Positions 1 to 10,121 of a DNA stretch of 64,000 bases are shown here, in pieces. Under the pieces are notes generated by a model. The model had not been told where the DNA came from, made no database searches, and worked only from the letters and a program-made list of their open reading frames with translations. Position numbers and translations under genes: made by a program. The stretch's first letter is position 1. The number at the start of each line of letters is the position of its first letter. The stretch covers positions 165,431 to 229,430 of the forward strand of contig CAVUXE010000099.1 of NCBI GenBank assembly GCA_963745235.1, in the 5' to 3' direction. This stretch comes from an uncultured Spirochaetota bacterium. Its GTDB lineage: Bacteria > Spirochaetota > Spirochaetia > SZUA-6 > Fen-1364.

Positions 1-558
1 CTCCAGGAGCTGCGCGCTGAGCTCCCGCACCGTCCCCCGGAAGCGGATGTGACGGTCCGTCGTCTCCAGCACGATGCCGGCATCCGGGCCGCCATCTGCC
101 GCGTCCTTGACCGCTTCCACCTGGATCCCCGGGACGTTCTCTTCCACGATGCGCTTCGCATCCTGCGGCCGTATTCCCGACGCATGCACGACCACCGTTG
201 TGTCTTTGAACACCGGCGGCATGCGCTGCATCATTCCCCCGACGATGCGCCCGAGGTCCTCAGGAGCAAGTCGCGCGAAAAACTCCTCCAGTGCGCGGCC
301 GACGGACTCCTGGATGTGAGACAAGCGGGCGCGCATGAAGTCAAGGGGCAGGGATGCGCCAAGCTCCTGCCGGACGGCCCCGATCTTGCTGTCGCGGTCA
401 GCCTCAACCCTGCGGATATCCGCTTCCGTCCTGCGGCGCCACTCCTCGCGCAGCGCCTCGCATTCGCGGTCCGCCTCCGCCAACACGCGACTTGCCTTGG
501 TTCGAGCGTCCTCCAGGACTTGCTTTTCCAGCGCTTCGCCCGTCTTCACGACTTCCAT
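1..558 (-). CDS. atpE: V/A-type ATP synthase subunit E (3' end runs off the window)
   Basis: Not in the ORF track. Manual translation from ATG at 558 gives MEVVKTGEALEKQVLEDARTKASRVLAEADRECEALREEWRRR..., the typical subunit E N-terminal helix; lies directly downstream of subunit F. Confidence 0.85.
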   Translation of the reverse strand, partial: MEVVKTGEALEKQVLEDARTKASRVLAEADRECEALREEWRRRTEADIRRVEADRDSKIGAVRQELGASLPLDFMRARLSHIQESVGRALEEFFARLAPEDLGRIVGGMMQRMPPVFKDTTVVVHASGIRPQDAKRIVEENVPGIQVEAVKDAADGGPDAGIVLETTDRHIRFRGTVRELSAQLLE

Positions 559-618
559 CTCAGCTCTCTCCATCCCTGCTGCGCCGCTCCGCGCGTGCCG
601 GGCGCACCTCTTCCATCG

Positions 619-924
619 CTACACATGAATCCCTACCGCGTCACGGATGGAATCGATGAGGCTCCGCCGATCAGGCACGTGGCCGCCGATCCCCGGGACC
701 TCCACGATCAGCGGATACGACCCGTTCATCTGCCAATCCATCACTTCGCGGGCCAGGAAAGACGACACCTGTTCCGTCAGGATGAGGACCCGCGCCTTCC
801 CTTCTTCCGTCACGCTCGAAAAGGCTTCCCGGGCTTCCTCTTCCGTGCGGGCCACGCTCCCGGGGACTCCGACAAACCGGAAGCCGATGACCACCTCTTC
901 ATCGCCGATTACGTGGAACTCCAC
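619..924 (-). CDS. atpF: V/A-type ATP synthase subunit F
   Basis: VIGDEEVVIGFRFVGVPG...PLIVEVP...IRDAVG motifs, 101 aa, operon position. Confidence 0.93.
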   Translation of the reverse strand: MEFHVIGDEEVVIGFRFVGVPGSVARTEEEAREAFSSVTEEGKARVLILTEQVSSFLAREVMDWQMNGSYPLIVEVPGIGGHVPDRRSLIDSIRDAVGIHV

Positions 925-936
925 GCCTCGAACCGC

Positions 937-1245
937 CTATCCGGCCGAAGAAAGGATCATGAGGGCCACGATAAAGCCCCACAGACAAATTCCTTCCGCG
1001 AGCCCGACAAAAGGCAGGGCCTTTCCGGAAAGGTCCGGATTCTCGCTCATGGCCGCCATGGCAGCCGCCCCGATCTGCCCGACCGCGATCCCTCCGCCCA
1101 GGGTCGCAAGTCCGACCGCGATGGCCGCGGCCAGGAACTTGAGAATATTGGTCGTGCCCGCGGCGTTTCCAGCCGCCTGGGCAAAGACCGCCGGGACCGC
1201 TGCCACGACAAGGAGCGCCGCCGCAAGAAGAAACCTCTTTTTCAC
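937..1245 (-). CDS. atpK: V/A-type ATP synthase proteolipid subunit K/c (single hairpin, N-terminal signal-like extension)
   Basis: GGGIAVGQIGAAAM...SENP...VGLAEGICLWG with the ion-carrying Glu. Confidence 0.93.
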   Translation of the reverse strand: MKKRFLLAAALLVVAAVPAVFAQAAGNAAGTTNILKFLAAAIAVGLATLGGGIAVGQIGAAAMAAMSENPDLSGKALPFVGLAEGICLWGFIVALMILSSAG

Positions 1246-3242
1246 CGCACACCTCCCGAAGAGCGCAATGTAAATGGCTTGAACTCCTCTCCCGATTCCG
1301 TGAAGAACTTGGAGAAGAACTCGTAGTACTGGAGCCTGACCACCTGGATGGTCACGATCAGGCCTTCAAGGACAATGATGATGGAGTTTCCGATCAGGAT
1401 GACGAGGATTCGGAACACGATCCCTCCAGCCGCGCCGCCGACCATCCCGGCGAGGAGAAACACAATTGCGCTGAGCACGGTATGCGCCAGCGCGAAGGCT
1501 GCAACGCGGAGGAAAGAAACAGAGTTGGAAATGTAGTAGATACTGGATTCGAGGATCTCGACGATCCCCTCCATGATGAAGCTGAAGAGCCCGTCTTTCA
1601 GCACGGGCCGTTTCTTCTCGGCAAGGCGGACAATCGGCTCATGGAAGAACAAGGCGCCCAGCGGCACGGCCAGCACAAGGATGTCGATTCCGCTGAAGCT
1701 CCCCCCAAGGAGGATCCGAACCCCGATGGAGAGCAGGTACCAGAAGAAGATCGCGCCTGCCAGCCCTGTCTTGGAAAGAAATGCGTCTTCCCACCGCCGC
1801 ATGCGGATCTTGTTCATGAGGTTGATGATCAGTCCGACGGAATTGATGATTGCGCCCACCCCTATGGTGACGCCGAAAAATAGGATTATCTTCTGGAAAC
1901 CCACGAGTGAGATGATCCGGTCTACCGGTCGACCCGTGATGAGCCCCGTGATGAACCGGGAAGCCGGCACAAGGACATCGTCGTTGGCGAAGAAGGAACC
2001 GTAGAGGAGGCCCGTTATCATGGACGCCGCTCCGACCACAATGAAAACAGTGCCGAAGTTCTTCTGCCGATACGCTTCGAATGATTTCACCTTGCCGCTT
2101 TGAATGAGGAGCCCCAGGAGCAGTCCGACGAAGCCTTGCCCCACGTCCCCGAACATGATTGCAAAAAGCAGCACAAACATCACCGCGACAAAGGGGGTCG
2201 GATCCACGGTCCCGTAGAGCGGGACACTGTAGGAGAAAACCATGCGTTCGAAGGAACGCACGACCCGCCCGTGTCGAACGGATACCGGTACCTTCACTTT
2301 TCCGGAGCGCACCTCGGGAAGCTCTTCAGGGTCGTACGACTTGAGCGCCAGCCTTCCCTGGGATATTTTCTCCAGCTCCGCTGCCACCTCATCGAACTTG
2401 CGCCTCGGAATCCACCCGCTCAAGCGCATCACCGACCCGGTGGAGGCAAAGCCCTGCTTGACCGAATCCACGGTCACCGCCACGTCCAGGTCGTCAAACA
2501 GATCCATGATAAGGCTTCCTCGGGTCTCGCGCACCAGCCGCTTTCGCTCCTCCAGGCGTGAAAGGGCGGCCTCGGTCAGCAGGAGGTTGCGCTCCATCGC
2601 GTTCATGACGTCCGCGGGCACCCCGGTCGCGGAAGCCGGCAGCTCGAGGGGGTGAAAATCCACCTTCGCAAGCTCGCTGTCCAGCGCCCATTTCCCCTTG
2701 CGGTCCGTCACGGCCATGATGTGGCCCTCTTTCTTCAGCCCAACGATGACGGCCCTGTCCGCCAGGGTCTGCGTGAGCTCCTCCAGCTTTTCCTCCGGAA
2801 CGACGCCGAGACGGAAAGTGAGGTAGGTGAGGTTCGCAAGCTCAGCAAAAGGAACAGTGAGCTCGGAAAAAGCTGAAAGCTCTTCCAGGCTCCGCTTCAG
2901 GCTGAGCCGCTGCTGCACCAGGCGGCTTTCCTCCGCAACGAGGTCTGCAGTCTCGGAGATGATCTGGTCAGCCGCTTCACGCAGCACCTCTCGAGGCCTG
3001 GCCGGCCTGGACCGCTCCGCCCGCGTCCGGTCGCCCACGTGAAGGTCGAGAAAACGAGCCAGGGCCTCAACCCTGACTTTCATCTCGGCTGTCTCGCGCT
3101 CCGTGGGCGTCGGCTCGGTCTGTTCATGGCCTTCGATGATGAGCTGAAGGCAGCCGGCCTCCCCGAGGTAGCGCATGACGGCGTCCACGTCGCGCTTGAG
3201 CACCAGCAGCTCGAGCTTCTTCATCCGGTCCATGAAGAGCAT
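1242..3242 (-). CDS. atpI: V/A-type ATP synthase subunit I (a)
   Basis: DPTPF...FAIMFGDVGQG, SNSVSFLRVAAFALAH, LRLQYYEFFSKF-like motifs; 666 aa. Confidence 0.95.
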   Translation of the reverse strand: MLFMDRMKKLELLVLKRDVDAVMRYLGEAGCLQLIIEGHEQTEPTPTERETAEMKVRVEALARFLDLHVGDRTRAERSRPARPREVLREAADQIISETADLVAEESRLVQQRLSLKRSLEELSAFSELTVPFAELANLTYLTFRLGVVPEEKLEELTQTLADRAVIVGLKKEGHIMAVTDRKGKWALDSELAKVDFHPLELPASATGVPADVMNAMERNLLLTEAALSRLEERKRLVRETRGSLIMDLFDDLDVAVTVDSVKQGFASTGSVMRLSGWIPRRKFDEVAAELEKISQGRLALKSYDPEELPEVRSGKVKVPVSVRHGRVVRSFERMVFSYSVPLYGTVDPTPFVAVMFVLLFAIMFGDVGQGFVGLLLGLLIQSGKVKSFEAYRQKNFGTVFIVVGAASMITGLLYGSFFANDDVLVPASRFITGLITGRPVDRIISLVGFQKIILFFGVTIGVGAIINSVGLIINLMNKIRMRRWEDAFLSKTGLAGAIFFWYLLSIGVRILLGGSFSGIDILVLAVPLGALFFHEPIVRLAEKKRPVLKDGLFSFIMEGIVEILESSIYYISNSVSFLRVAAFALAHTVLSAIVFLLAGMVGGAAGGIVFRILVILIGNSIIIVLEGLIVTIQVVRLQYYEFFSKFFTESGEEFKPFTLRSSGGVR

Positions 3243-4237
3243 CAGCCGGCCCCCACCATGGAGAGCACCTCGTGCTCGGAAACCGAGAGCCGCAGCGCCT
3301 CCACGGCGATCTTGAGCATGCCGGTCTCCAACTCCTTGAGCTTGAAGTACGCAACGATCGGAGTCAGGGTGAAGGGGTCCTCGTGGAAAAGCTGGTGAGC
3401 CCGGAGGACAAGGCGCTGGGCCGCCTTCTGCTCGGCTCGAACGGGGTCCGGCGCTCTGAAAGTCTCCCCAAGCTGGTCACTCACGAGCCACGAGTATTTC
3501 CACGTGCGCCAGCCTTCCACGGAATCCGCCGGGATCTCGAATGCCTCCGCTATCGCTTTGCCGTGGGAGTCCACCATCCTGGGGAGCATGAGGGGTTGAG
3601 CGGACTGCGCGTCCAGGCCGAAGAAAAAGCGCAGCCGAAGGGCCCAGACAGCGTTGGCAAGCATCATTTCCAGGCTGACCAGGCGCACGACACCCGAGCG
3701 GTCTCGCGGCGCGAGCTTTCTGGCCAGCCCCAGGAGCCGGGTATAGTAGTCTCGGTCCAGCATGTTCTCGATCTCGAAAAGGGGCCTGGACCGAACAAGC
3801 GGGAGAACCCACGCGTAGGGGCTGGCTGCGATGACTTTCTGGATGTCTTTCCCCTTGCCGGGACGAAGCAGAGCGAACCTTCCCAGGTCCCAGATGACCG
3901 GTTGTTCCGCCCCTTCACGCGAAAGACTGCGTATCACGGACTTCACGCTCTGGTATTCGTACTTGCGCAGGATGTGCACCAGGATCTCCGGAGGATTGCC
4001 AAGGAGGGTAAGGATACGAGTCATGGACTCTATCCCCGCCTTCGCGATCCTCCCCTCCAGTTCCGCGGAGAGGGATTCCTCCGGCGTCGCCGCCCGCTCC
4101 CCCGGGAACAGAAGATCGAAGATCTCTTCCAGACGCTTCAAGCGAAGCAGGTCCTGGAAGTTGGCTCCAATGTATGTCTTCGCGAGGCTACCGTAGATCT
4201 TTGCAAGTATGAAGGCGTAGCGGAACGTGCGGATCAT
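3242..4237 (-). CDS. atpC: V/A-type ATP synthase subunit C (d/AC39 family)
   Basis: YAFILAKIYG N-terminus, LDRDYY, AYFKLKELE motifs; 331 aa; operon position. Confidence 0.85.
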   Translation of the reverse strand: MIRTFRYAFILAKIYGSLAKTYIGANFQDLLRLKRLEEIFDLLFPGERAATPEESLSAELEGRIAKAGIESMTRILTLLGNPPEILVHILRKYEYQSVKSVIRSLSREGAEQPVIWDLGRFALLRPGKGKDIQKVIAASPYAWVLPLVRSRPLFEIENMLDRDYYTRLLGLARKLAPRDRSGVVRLVSLEMMLANAVWALRLRFFFGLDAQSAQPLMLPRMVDSHGKAIAEAFEIPADSVEGWRTWKYSWLVSDQLGETFRAPDPVRAEQKAAQRLVLRAHQLFHEDPFTLTPIVAYFKLKELETGMLKIAVEALRLSVSEHEVLSMVGAG

Positions 4238-4539
4238 TTCTCGGGTTTTTCTATCAGCTGCTTTATGAGGCGGAAGAAGCCTTCACGGTCGACGGGTTGC
4301 GCCGAAAGCTTTGCCCGGTACTCTTCGTTCTTCTGGCGCCGTTCCTGCGCAGCGCGCTCCTTTTCCGCGGCAACCGCGCTCTCCGCCTCCGCGGCCTTCC
4401 CCTTCAACGAAGCGGCGTGCTGTTTCTGGGCCTCCGCGCGGACTTCTGTCTTGCGCCGATTGGCCTCCGCCTCGGCCGAAGAGACCAACTCCGCGGCGGT
4501 TCTTTCCGTCTTGAGAAGCTTGTCGAGCATGTCAGACAT
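4234..4539 (-). CDS. V/A-type ATP synthase peripheral stalk subunit G/H
   Basis: About 100 aa charged Ala/Glu/Lys helix (MSDMLDKLLKTERTAAELVSSAEAEA), first gene of the ATPase operon; ATG at 4539 chosen over 4587. Confidence 0.7.
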   Translation of the reverse strand: MSDMLDKLLKTERTAAELVSSAEAEANRRKTEVRAEAQKQHAASLKGKAAEAESAVAAEKERAAQERRQKNEEYRAKLSAQPVDREGFFRLIKQLIEKPEK

Positions 4540-4680
4540 ACTGTACCCGTCCTTGGGCCAAAACCGCGCTGCTCCACGGATTGCCATGGGGGCGTGGACG
4601 CCCTGATTCCTTGAAGCGGTCCGTCTCTATGAGCTCACCAACGCCGTGCTCGCCGTCGCACGCCCTGTCCTCGCTCGCCG

Positions 4681-5157
4681 TCACTGGGAGTCGATCAATT
4701 CCTCGTATCGGGCAATGATCCGGCTCACCTTCTCCGGGGTTCCCGCGCCAAGCACGTCACGGGAAAAACCGTCGTTCTCAACGAGGAGAGCGATCTTTTT
4801 CAGCACCGCAAGATGCGTTCCGGCGTCCTCCTCTGAGCTCACCAGGAGAAACAGGATCCGCACAGGCTCACCGTCCAGGGACTCGTAGTCGATGCCATGG
4901 TCCGAGACGCCAAGGACGCCGATCACGCCGCGGGTGAACCTGGTCTTTGCGTGAGGGATGGCTATTCCCTTCTTGATGCCGGTGGACATCTTCTCCTCAC
5001 GCCTGCGGATGGCATCCAGGATCTCGTCCCGGTTGTTCGTGCGATACTGCGTCACCAGCAGGTCCACGAGCTCTTCGAACACCTCGGCCTTGTCCTCCGC
5101 TTCCAGGTGGCACTTGATCCGAGGCGCGCTGAAAAGATCATGGAGCAGCACTCCCAC
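4681..5157 (-). CDS. PTS EIIA domain protein (fructose/mannitol/Ntr family)
   Basis: RREEKMSTGIKKGIAIPHA with the phospho-His; DYESLDGEPV. Confidence 0.9.
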   Translation of the reverse strand: MGVLLHDLFSAPRIKCHLEAEDKAEVFEELVDLLVTQYRTNNRDEILDAIRRREEKMSTGIKKGIAIPHAKTRFTRGVIGVLGVSDHGIDYESLDGEPVRILFLLVSSEEDAGTHLAVLKKIALLVENDGFSRDVLGAGTPEKVSRIIARYEELIDSQ

Positions 5158-5158
5158 C

Positions 5159-5618
5159 CTAGTTGCTCCCTTTTGCCGGCTGCGGGGAGGCAGGTGTAGT
5201 GGCAGCAGGTGCCTGCGCTCCGGCGGGCGGCGTGGCGCTGTTCGGCGACCCGGGCGTCAACGGGGATCCCGGCGTCAACGGCGACGCAGCGGGAGCGGCG
5301 GGGGTCTGAACCCACCAGCTCTGCTGCTGGCTTGTGCCCTGGAGTGACTCTGCCCGGGCTCTGCCGATGACGTTCCCTGCCTCGGGGGTCTTGTTGACCC
5401 ATGCAATGCCCGAAAATGCAGAAAAGGAACACGGCCGCAAGGATGGCCGTGAAGCGCGTGAGCACGTTTCCCGACCGGGAGCCGAAGGGAGTCGTGCTCC
5501 CGCCGCCGAAGATGCCGCCGATGCCCTCCCCCTGGTCGTCCTGCACGAGCACGACGAGCACCAGGAGAACGGCGCTGATAATCAGAATTACCAGAAGGAC
5601 GACGCTGATCAAACCCAT
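5159..5618 (-). CDS. secG: Preprotein translocase SecG with Pro/Ala-rich C-terminal tail (one apparent frameshift near 5410)
   Basis: LVLVVLVQDDQGEGIGGIFGGGS...FGSRSGNVLTRFTAILA; continues in the 5159..5440 frame (GIAWVNKTP...). Confidence 0.88.
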
Positions 5619-5633
5619 GCCTTGGAACCCCCC

Positions 5634-6389
5634 TTATCGATCGTACCGCACGATGGGAAGGAACGTTTCCGGCTTCAGGGAAGCCCCGCCCACCAGCGCC
5701 CCGTCGATGTTTTCCATCTTCATCAGATCCTTGATATTGTCCGGCTTGACGGACCCGCCGTACTGGATGGTCATGGCCTGCGCCGCCTTCTGCCCGTATA
5801 GACTTGGCCAGCACGCCCCGAATGAACGCGTGCACCGCGTCCGCATCCTGCGGAGTGGCGTTCTGCCCGTCCCGATGGCCCAGACCGGCTCGTACGCAAT
5901 TGTGACCCTGGCCAGGTCCTTTTCCGCCACTTCGGCGAGGCCCGCGCGGGTCTGCGTTTCCACGACCTTCTCCGTGACGCTCTTCTGCCGCTCATCCAGG
6001 GTCTCCCCGACGCAGAGGATGACCTCGAATCCTTCCGCGAGGGCCAGCCGAACCTTGCGGTTCACCAGCGCGTCGGTTTCACCGTAGACGTGCCGTCTCT
6101 CCGAATGCCCCAGGATGATGACCGCGACTCCCGCGTCCGGAAGCATCCGTGGGGAGATTTCCCCGGTGTGCGCGCCTTCCAGCTCGGACGCCGCGTTCTG
6201 CGCCCCCAGGAGAATCGGGGAGCCCTCCAGCACGTCCCGAACGGCATGCAGCGCCGTGAACGGCGGGGCGATCATGATCTTCCTGTTCTTCTCACCGGAG
6301 AGCTCCGTCGCAAGGATGGTTGCAACGGCTATGGCCTCTCCAGCGGTCTTGTACATCTTCCAGTTGCCGGCGATGAACGGTTGGCGCAT
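5634..6389 (-). CDS. tpiA: Triosephosphate isomerase (two compensating indels near 5800 and 5860)
   Basis: FIAGNWKM, GHSERR, AYEPVWAIGTG, YGGSVKP, LVGGASL; segment DADAVHAFIRGVL reads in the alternate frame. Confidence 0.96.
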   Translation of the reverse strand: MRQPFIAGNWKMYKTAGEAIAVATILATELSGEKNRKIMIAPPFTALHAVRDVLEGSPILLGAQNAASELEGAHTGEISPRMLPDAGVAVIILGHSERRHVYGETDALVNRKVRLALAEGFEVILCVGETLDERQKSVTEKVVETQTRAGLAEVAEKDLARVTIAYEPVWAIGTGRTPLRRMRTRCTRSFGACWPSLYGQKAAQAMTIQYGGSVKPDNIKDLMKMENIDGALVGGASLKPETFLPIVRYDR

Positions 6390-6394
6390 ACGGC

Positions 6395-7576
6395 TCACCT
6401 GTCCTTGAGGGCGACGACGCCCGGAAGCTGTTTGCCCTCCAGCAGCTCGAGGGACGCTCCGCCTCCGGTGGAAACATGCGTGATCCTGTCCGCCAGGTGG
6501 AACTGGTTGACGGCCGCAACGGAATCTCCGCCGCCGACAACCGTCGTTCCCTTGCAATCTGCCACGGCTTTTGCTATCTCCTGGGTTCCCTTGCTGAACT
6601 CGGGGAACTCGAAAACCCCCAGGGGCCCGTTCCAGACCACCGTCCTGGCCTTGAGGATCTTCTCACGGAAAAGGGCAACGGACTTCGGGCCGATGTCCAT
6701 GGCGATCTTGTCTGCCGGCACGTCTGCGCCGTCAACGATTTCGGCTTTGGCCGTTTCCGCAAACTCGGAACCCACCCGGTGGTCAACGGGGAGGAGAACT
6801 TCGGCGCCCGCGCTTTTGGCCTTCTCCAGAAACGACGATGCGGTTGCCATGAGGTCCTCTTCCACAAGCGAGTTTCCGACTGACCGGCCCTGGACCTTGA
6901 GGAATGTGTATGACATGCCGCCGCCGATAATCATGGTGCTGACTCTGGGGAGAAGCGACTCAAGCACGGCGATCTTGGTGGAAACCTTCGCGCCGCCAAT
7001 GATGGCTACGAAAGGCTTGGCCGGGTTCTCGAATACGCCGCCAAGAAACTTGATTTCCTTTTCCATCAGGAAGCCGGCCACGCCGGGCAGGATCCGTGCC
7101 ACTCCTTCCGTGGAGGCGTGCGCCCGGTGAGCGGTCCCGAAAGCGTCGTTGACGTAGACGTCTCCCAACGCCGCCAGCTGCGCGGCGAAGGCGGGATCGT
7201 TCTTTTCCTCTTCCGGGTGGAAACGCACGTTCTCCAGGAGAACGACGTCCCCGGGTTTCATGGCCTTCACAACCGCTTCCGCGGCTGGACCCACGCAGTC
7301 CGGCGCAAGCGTCACCTTCTTCCCAAGGAGCTCAGAGAGCCTTTGCGCAACCGGAGCGAGGCTGTTTTCCTTGTCAGGCTTCTTGGGCCTGCCAAGGTGG
7401 CTCATGAGCACCAGCGAGGCTCCCTTCTGATCCAGGACGTACGTGAGTGTCGGCAGCGCGGCCGTAATGCGGGTATCATCCGTGATTCTTCCTTCTTTCA
7501 GGGGAACGTTGAAATCAACGCGGACGAGCACCTTCTTGTTCCTTAGATCGATGTCCCGTACAGTTTTCTTCGCCAT
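6395..7576 (-). CDS. pgk: Phosphoglycerate kinase
   Basis: [36 protein letters not shown]. Confidence 0.98.
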   Translation of the reverse strand: MAKKTVRDIDLRNKKVLVRVDFNVPLKEGRITDDTRITAALPTLTYVLDQKGASLVLMSHLGRPKKPDKENSLAPVAQRLSELLGKKVTLAPDCVGPAAEAVVKAMKPGDVVLLENVRFHPEEEKNDPAFAAQLAALGDVYVNDAFGTAHRAHASTEGVARILPGVAGFLMEKEIKFLGGVFENPAKPFVAIIGGAKVSTKIAVLESLLPRVSTMIIGGGMSYTFLKVQGRSVGNSLVEEDLMATASSFLEKAKSAGAEVLLPVDHRVGSEFAETAKAEIVDGADVPADKIAMDIGPKSVALFREKILKARTVVWNGPLGVFEFPEFSKGTQEIAKAVADCKGTTVVGGGDSVAAVNQFHLADRITHVSTGGGASLELLEGKQLPGVVALKDR

Positions 7577-7629
7577 GAGTGGTCTCCTTGGGCGTCAGTC
7601 CTCACAGGAAAGCGGGATTTGGCGGCGTT

Positions 7630-7658
7630 ACTATAGGAAAAAGGCGTCTGAGTGTCAA
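7630..7658 (-). promoter_or_regulatory. Sigma70-type promoter for pgk-tpiA-secG
   Basis: Minus strand TTGACA-17 nt-TATAGT. Confidence 0.75.
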
Positions 7659-7674
7659 TGGGAACGGGAGGCGC

Positions 7675-9651
7675 TTACGTGCCGATGCGCAGAAGTCGCG
7701 TGATGATATTTCCGCTTCTCTGAGCGGGCTGCACCTGAGGCCGCGGGGCCGGCTTCGGCGCAAAGACAACCTGGTCGCCTGGATTGACATAATCGAAGTA
7801 GCCCCTGATCCGGACCGTGCCTTCGGAGACGCCCTCGTCGACTCCGGTCACGAGAAAATCACCGACGACGTCCTTCCCCTCGAAGGACAGCCCGGGAGTG
7901 TCCGGGTTCAGACGCACCATCCCTTTCCTGACGATCACCAGCGCATCCTTGGCCTTCAGACCCTGGAATGAGCCGAGATCTATCAATCCCTGGTCAAACT
8001 TGCGGACAAGGAGGGTGGCCCTCAGGGGGAGAATGCCAGCTACCTGTGACCCGAGCTTCAGGAATGAGTCTCGAACCCGGTCATTTCCCGTGCGGAAAGC
8101 CGCAAAGCTGCCAATCAGGGCGGCCGTGCGTGACAGGTACATGTCCGCTGTTGCAGAAAAGCTCCTCTCCGCCTCATCCACCTGGAGAACAATGAAATAG
8201 TCGCTGGCGCCGGCGCGCGACCGGCGGAAAGCGTCATCGAAGCCTTCCACGAGAGTCGACCCTTCGGGCACGGAAATGGAGTCGACACCGCCGATCATGG
8301 AGGCGAAGTACCGCGCGACGTCCTCGCTGGCCAGCGTATGCAGGAACCTGTTCCTTGCGGGGATGGTGTACACGGGGATGAGGTACCGCTTGCGGTCCAG
8401 GTTGTGCTGGTCATACCCCCAGGCGCGCGATATCGAGTCAGACAGCGCGCTGGTCAGGCTCTCGATCTCGTCCTGAACGAAAGTGTCCTTGGTTCCGAGC
8501 TTGGCAAGAACGTTGAGCTCGCTCAGGTACTTGTCGGGGAACCCCTCGATGCGGAATATCCGCGCGTACGCGACGCGCGCATCACGGGAGGTCGGATCCA
8601 GGATAAGAGCCCTGCGATACTCGGCAAGCGCCCTTTCGAGGAAGTTCCTGTCCTCCTGCGCCTGCCCCTGCTGGAGATGGAAGGCCGCCATGCTCTTGCG
8701 CTGGGCGTCATCCATGGGAAGGGCGTCCACCGCGGTGTTCTCCGAGGCAACGCGCGCAATCTCGTCTTCCGGACGCACCCCCAGCCCCGAGGCAAAGCTG
8801 GCCAGGGACTTCGCGGTGTCACCTGCTTTCCTGTAGGCAAGCGCAAGCGAATACCACGCGAGGTTGTCATCCCTGTTTCTGGCCACCACGTCCCGCAGGA
8901 CAGAGGCCGCGTCCGCCGCGCGGTTTGTCTGCAGGTAGATCTCTCCCAGAAGGCTTCTGGCCTGGTCCATGTCCGGCGCCAGGGAAAGGGCGATCTGCGC
9001 GTGCTTTTCCGCCGTTGAAAAATCCCCAGTGCGGGCATACCAGCGCGCAGCGGCGAGCTGCACGTGAGGATCAGCGGAATGACTCTTGAGGGCGAGCTCG
9101 TAGTACTTCCCGGCGCTGGCAGGATCCCCCAGCTCATCGGAGAGCTGGGCAAGGGAGAGAATGGCCCGGGTGCTTTCCGGGGCGAGCTTGAGGCTCTGGG
9201 CGTAACCGCTGAGGGCTGTTCGCATCCTTCCGTCCGCAATGTCCGCCTCGGAAAGGCCCATGCGGGCTTCCACGTTGTTGGGCTGGTCCGCAAGAACAGA
9301 ATTGAAGAGCGAGCGCGCCGCGGCGGTGTCACCCTGCCCGATCTTTATCCTGCCTTCGAGCACGGCCAGGTCCGGATTGTTCCTGTCATGCACGAGCGCC
9401 ATGGCAACGTAGCGATACGCTTCATCGTACTCTCCCATGAGGAGGAAAGACTGCGCCAGACCCTCCATCGGCTCCGCGTACGACGGGTTGGCGGCCAGGG
9501 CTTCCTTGAACTTTTCAACGGCAAGCGGATAGTCCTCTGTCCCCTGGGCGCGCAGTCCGTCCTCGTACGCCGCGCGTGCGTCCTGGGCGAAAGTCGGGAC
9601 CCCTCCCGCGACGAGAACGAGGAGGCACACCAGGACAATCTGCCGTTTCAC
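7675..9651 (-). CDS. Exported tetratricopeptide-repeat protein (spirochaete type)
   Basis: GTG at 9651 overlaps the ybeY stop (GTGA); signal peptide MKRQIVLVCLLVLVAGGVPTFA; many TPR helices followed by a beta-rich C-terminus. Confidence 0.82.
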   Translation of the reverse strand: MKRQIVLVCLLVLVAGGVPTFAQDARAAYEDGLRAQGTEDYPLAVEKFKEALAANPSYAEPMEGLAQSFLLMGEYDEAYRYVAMALVHDRNNPDLAVLEGRIKIGQGDTAAARSLFNSVLADQPNNVEARMGLSEADIADGRMRTALSGYAQSLKLAPESTRAILSLAQLSDELGDPASAGKYYELALKSHSADPHVQLAAARWYARTGDFSTAEKHAQIALSLAPDMDQARSLLGEIYLQTNRAADAASVLRDVVARNRDDNLAWYSLALAYRKAGDTAKSLASFASGLGVRPEDEIARVASENTAVDALPMDDAQRKSMAAFHLQQGQAQEDRNFLERALAEYRRALILDPTSRDARVAYARIFRIEGFPDKYLSELNVLAKLGTKDTFVQDEIESLTSALSDSISRAWGYDQHNLDRKRYLIPVYTIPARNRFLHTLASEDVARYFASMIGGVDSISVPEGSTLVEGFDDAFRRSRAGASDYFIVLQVDEAERSFSATADMYLSRTAALIGSFAAFRTGNDRVRDSFLKLGSQVAGILPLRATLLVRKFDQGLIDLGSFQGLKAKDALVIVRKGMVRLNPDTPGLSFEGKDVVGDFLVTGVDEGVSEGTVRIRGYFDYVNPGDQVVFAPKPAPRPQVQPAQRSGNIITRLLRIGT

Positions 9652-10121
9652 GTCTCGATGATCCTCTCTTTTTTCAGCGCATCCAGCAGGCGTTCCTGGA
9701 GGATGAACATTTCTCTGCCCTTCCCGGATCCATGGTCCATTCCGGCACAATGCAGTATCCCGTGAACAAGGAGGCGTTTCAACTCCTCATCCTCGGTGAC
9801 ATCGAAGCTCCGGGCGTTCCGCCGCAGGGTGTCCATTGATATGGCGATGTCTCCCGCCACCACGCAACCGGGCTGGAAGCCGGCAGGCGAGGTCTCCCGC
9901 GGGAAGGACAGAACGTCTGTGGACTTGTCCTTGCCGCGGTAGCGGCCGTTCAGATGCCTCATCCGCTCATCGCCGCAGAGAAGGAGTGAAAGCTCCCATT
10001 CAGCCGCTCCGGCCTCCCGTAGGGCAAGCGAACAGAACCGCCGAAGCCTTCCCCGCCAGGGCGGAAACGGGATGCCCTCAGCCACGACCTCCACGCTGCG
10101 GGCCCGCCGGGACGCCTTCAT
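9648..10121 (-). CDS. ybeY: rRNA maturation endoribonuclease YbeY
   Basis: LNGRYRGKDKSTDVLSF, HGILHCAGMDH. Confidence 0.95.
   Translation of the reverse strand: MKASRRARSVEVVAEGIPFPPWRGRLRRFCSLALREAGAAEWELSLLLCGDERMRHLNGRYRGKDKSTDVLSFPRETSPAGFQPGCVVAGDIAISMDTLRRNARSFDVTEDEELKRLLVHGILHCAGMDHGSGKGREMFILQERLLDALKKERIIET

Noticed and set aside
49-1326. Long plus-strand ORFs such as 49..1326, 3272..4606, 20084..21442 and 41730..43865
   Set aside because: Antisense shadows of well-supported minus-strand genes, expected at high GC; no recognisable motifs.
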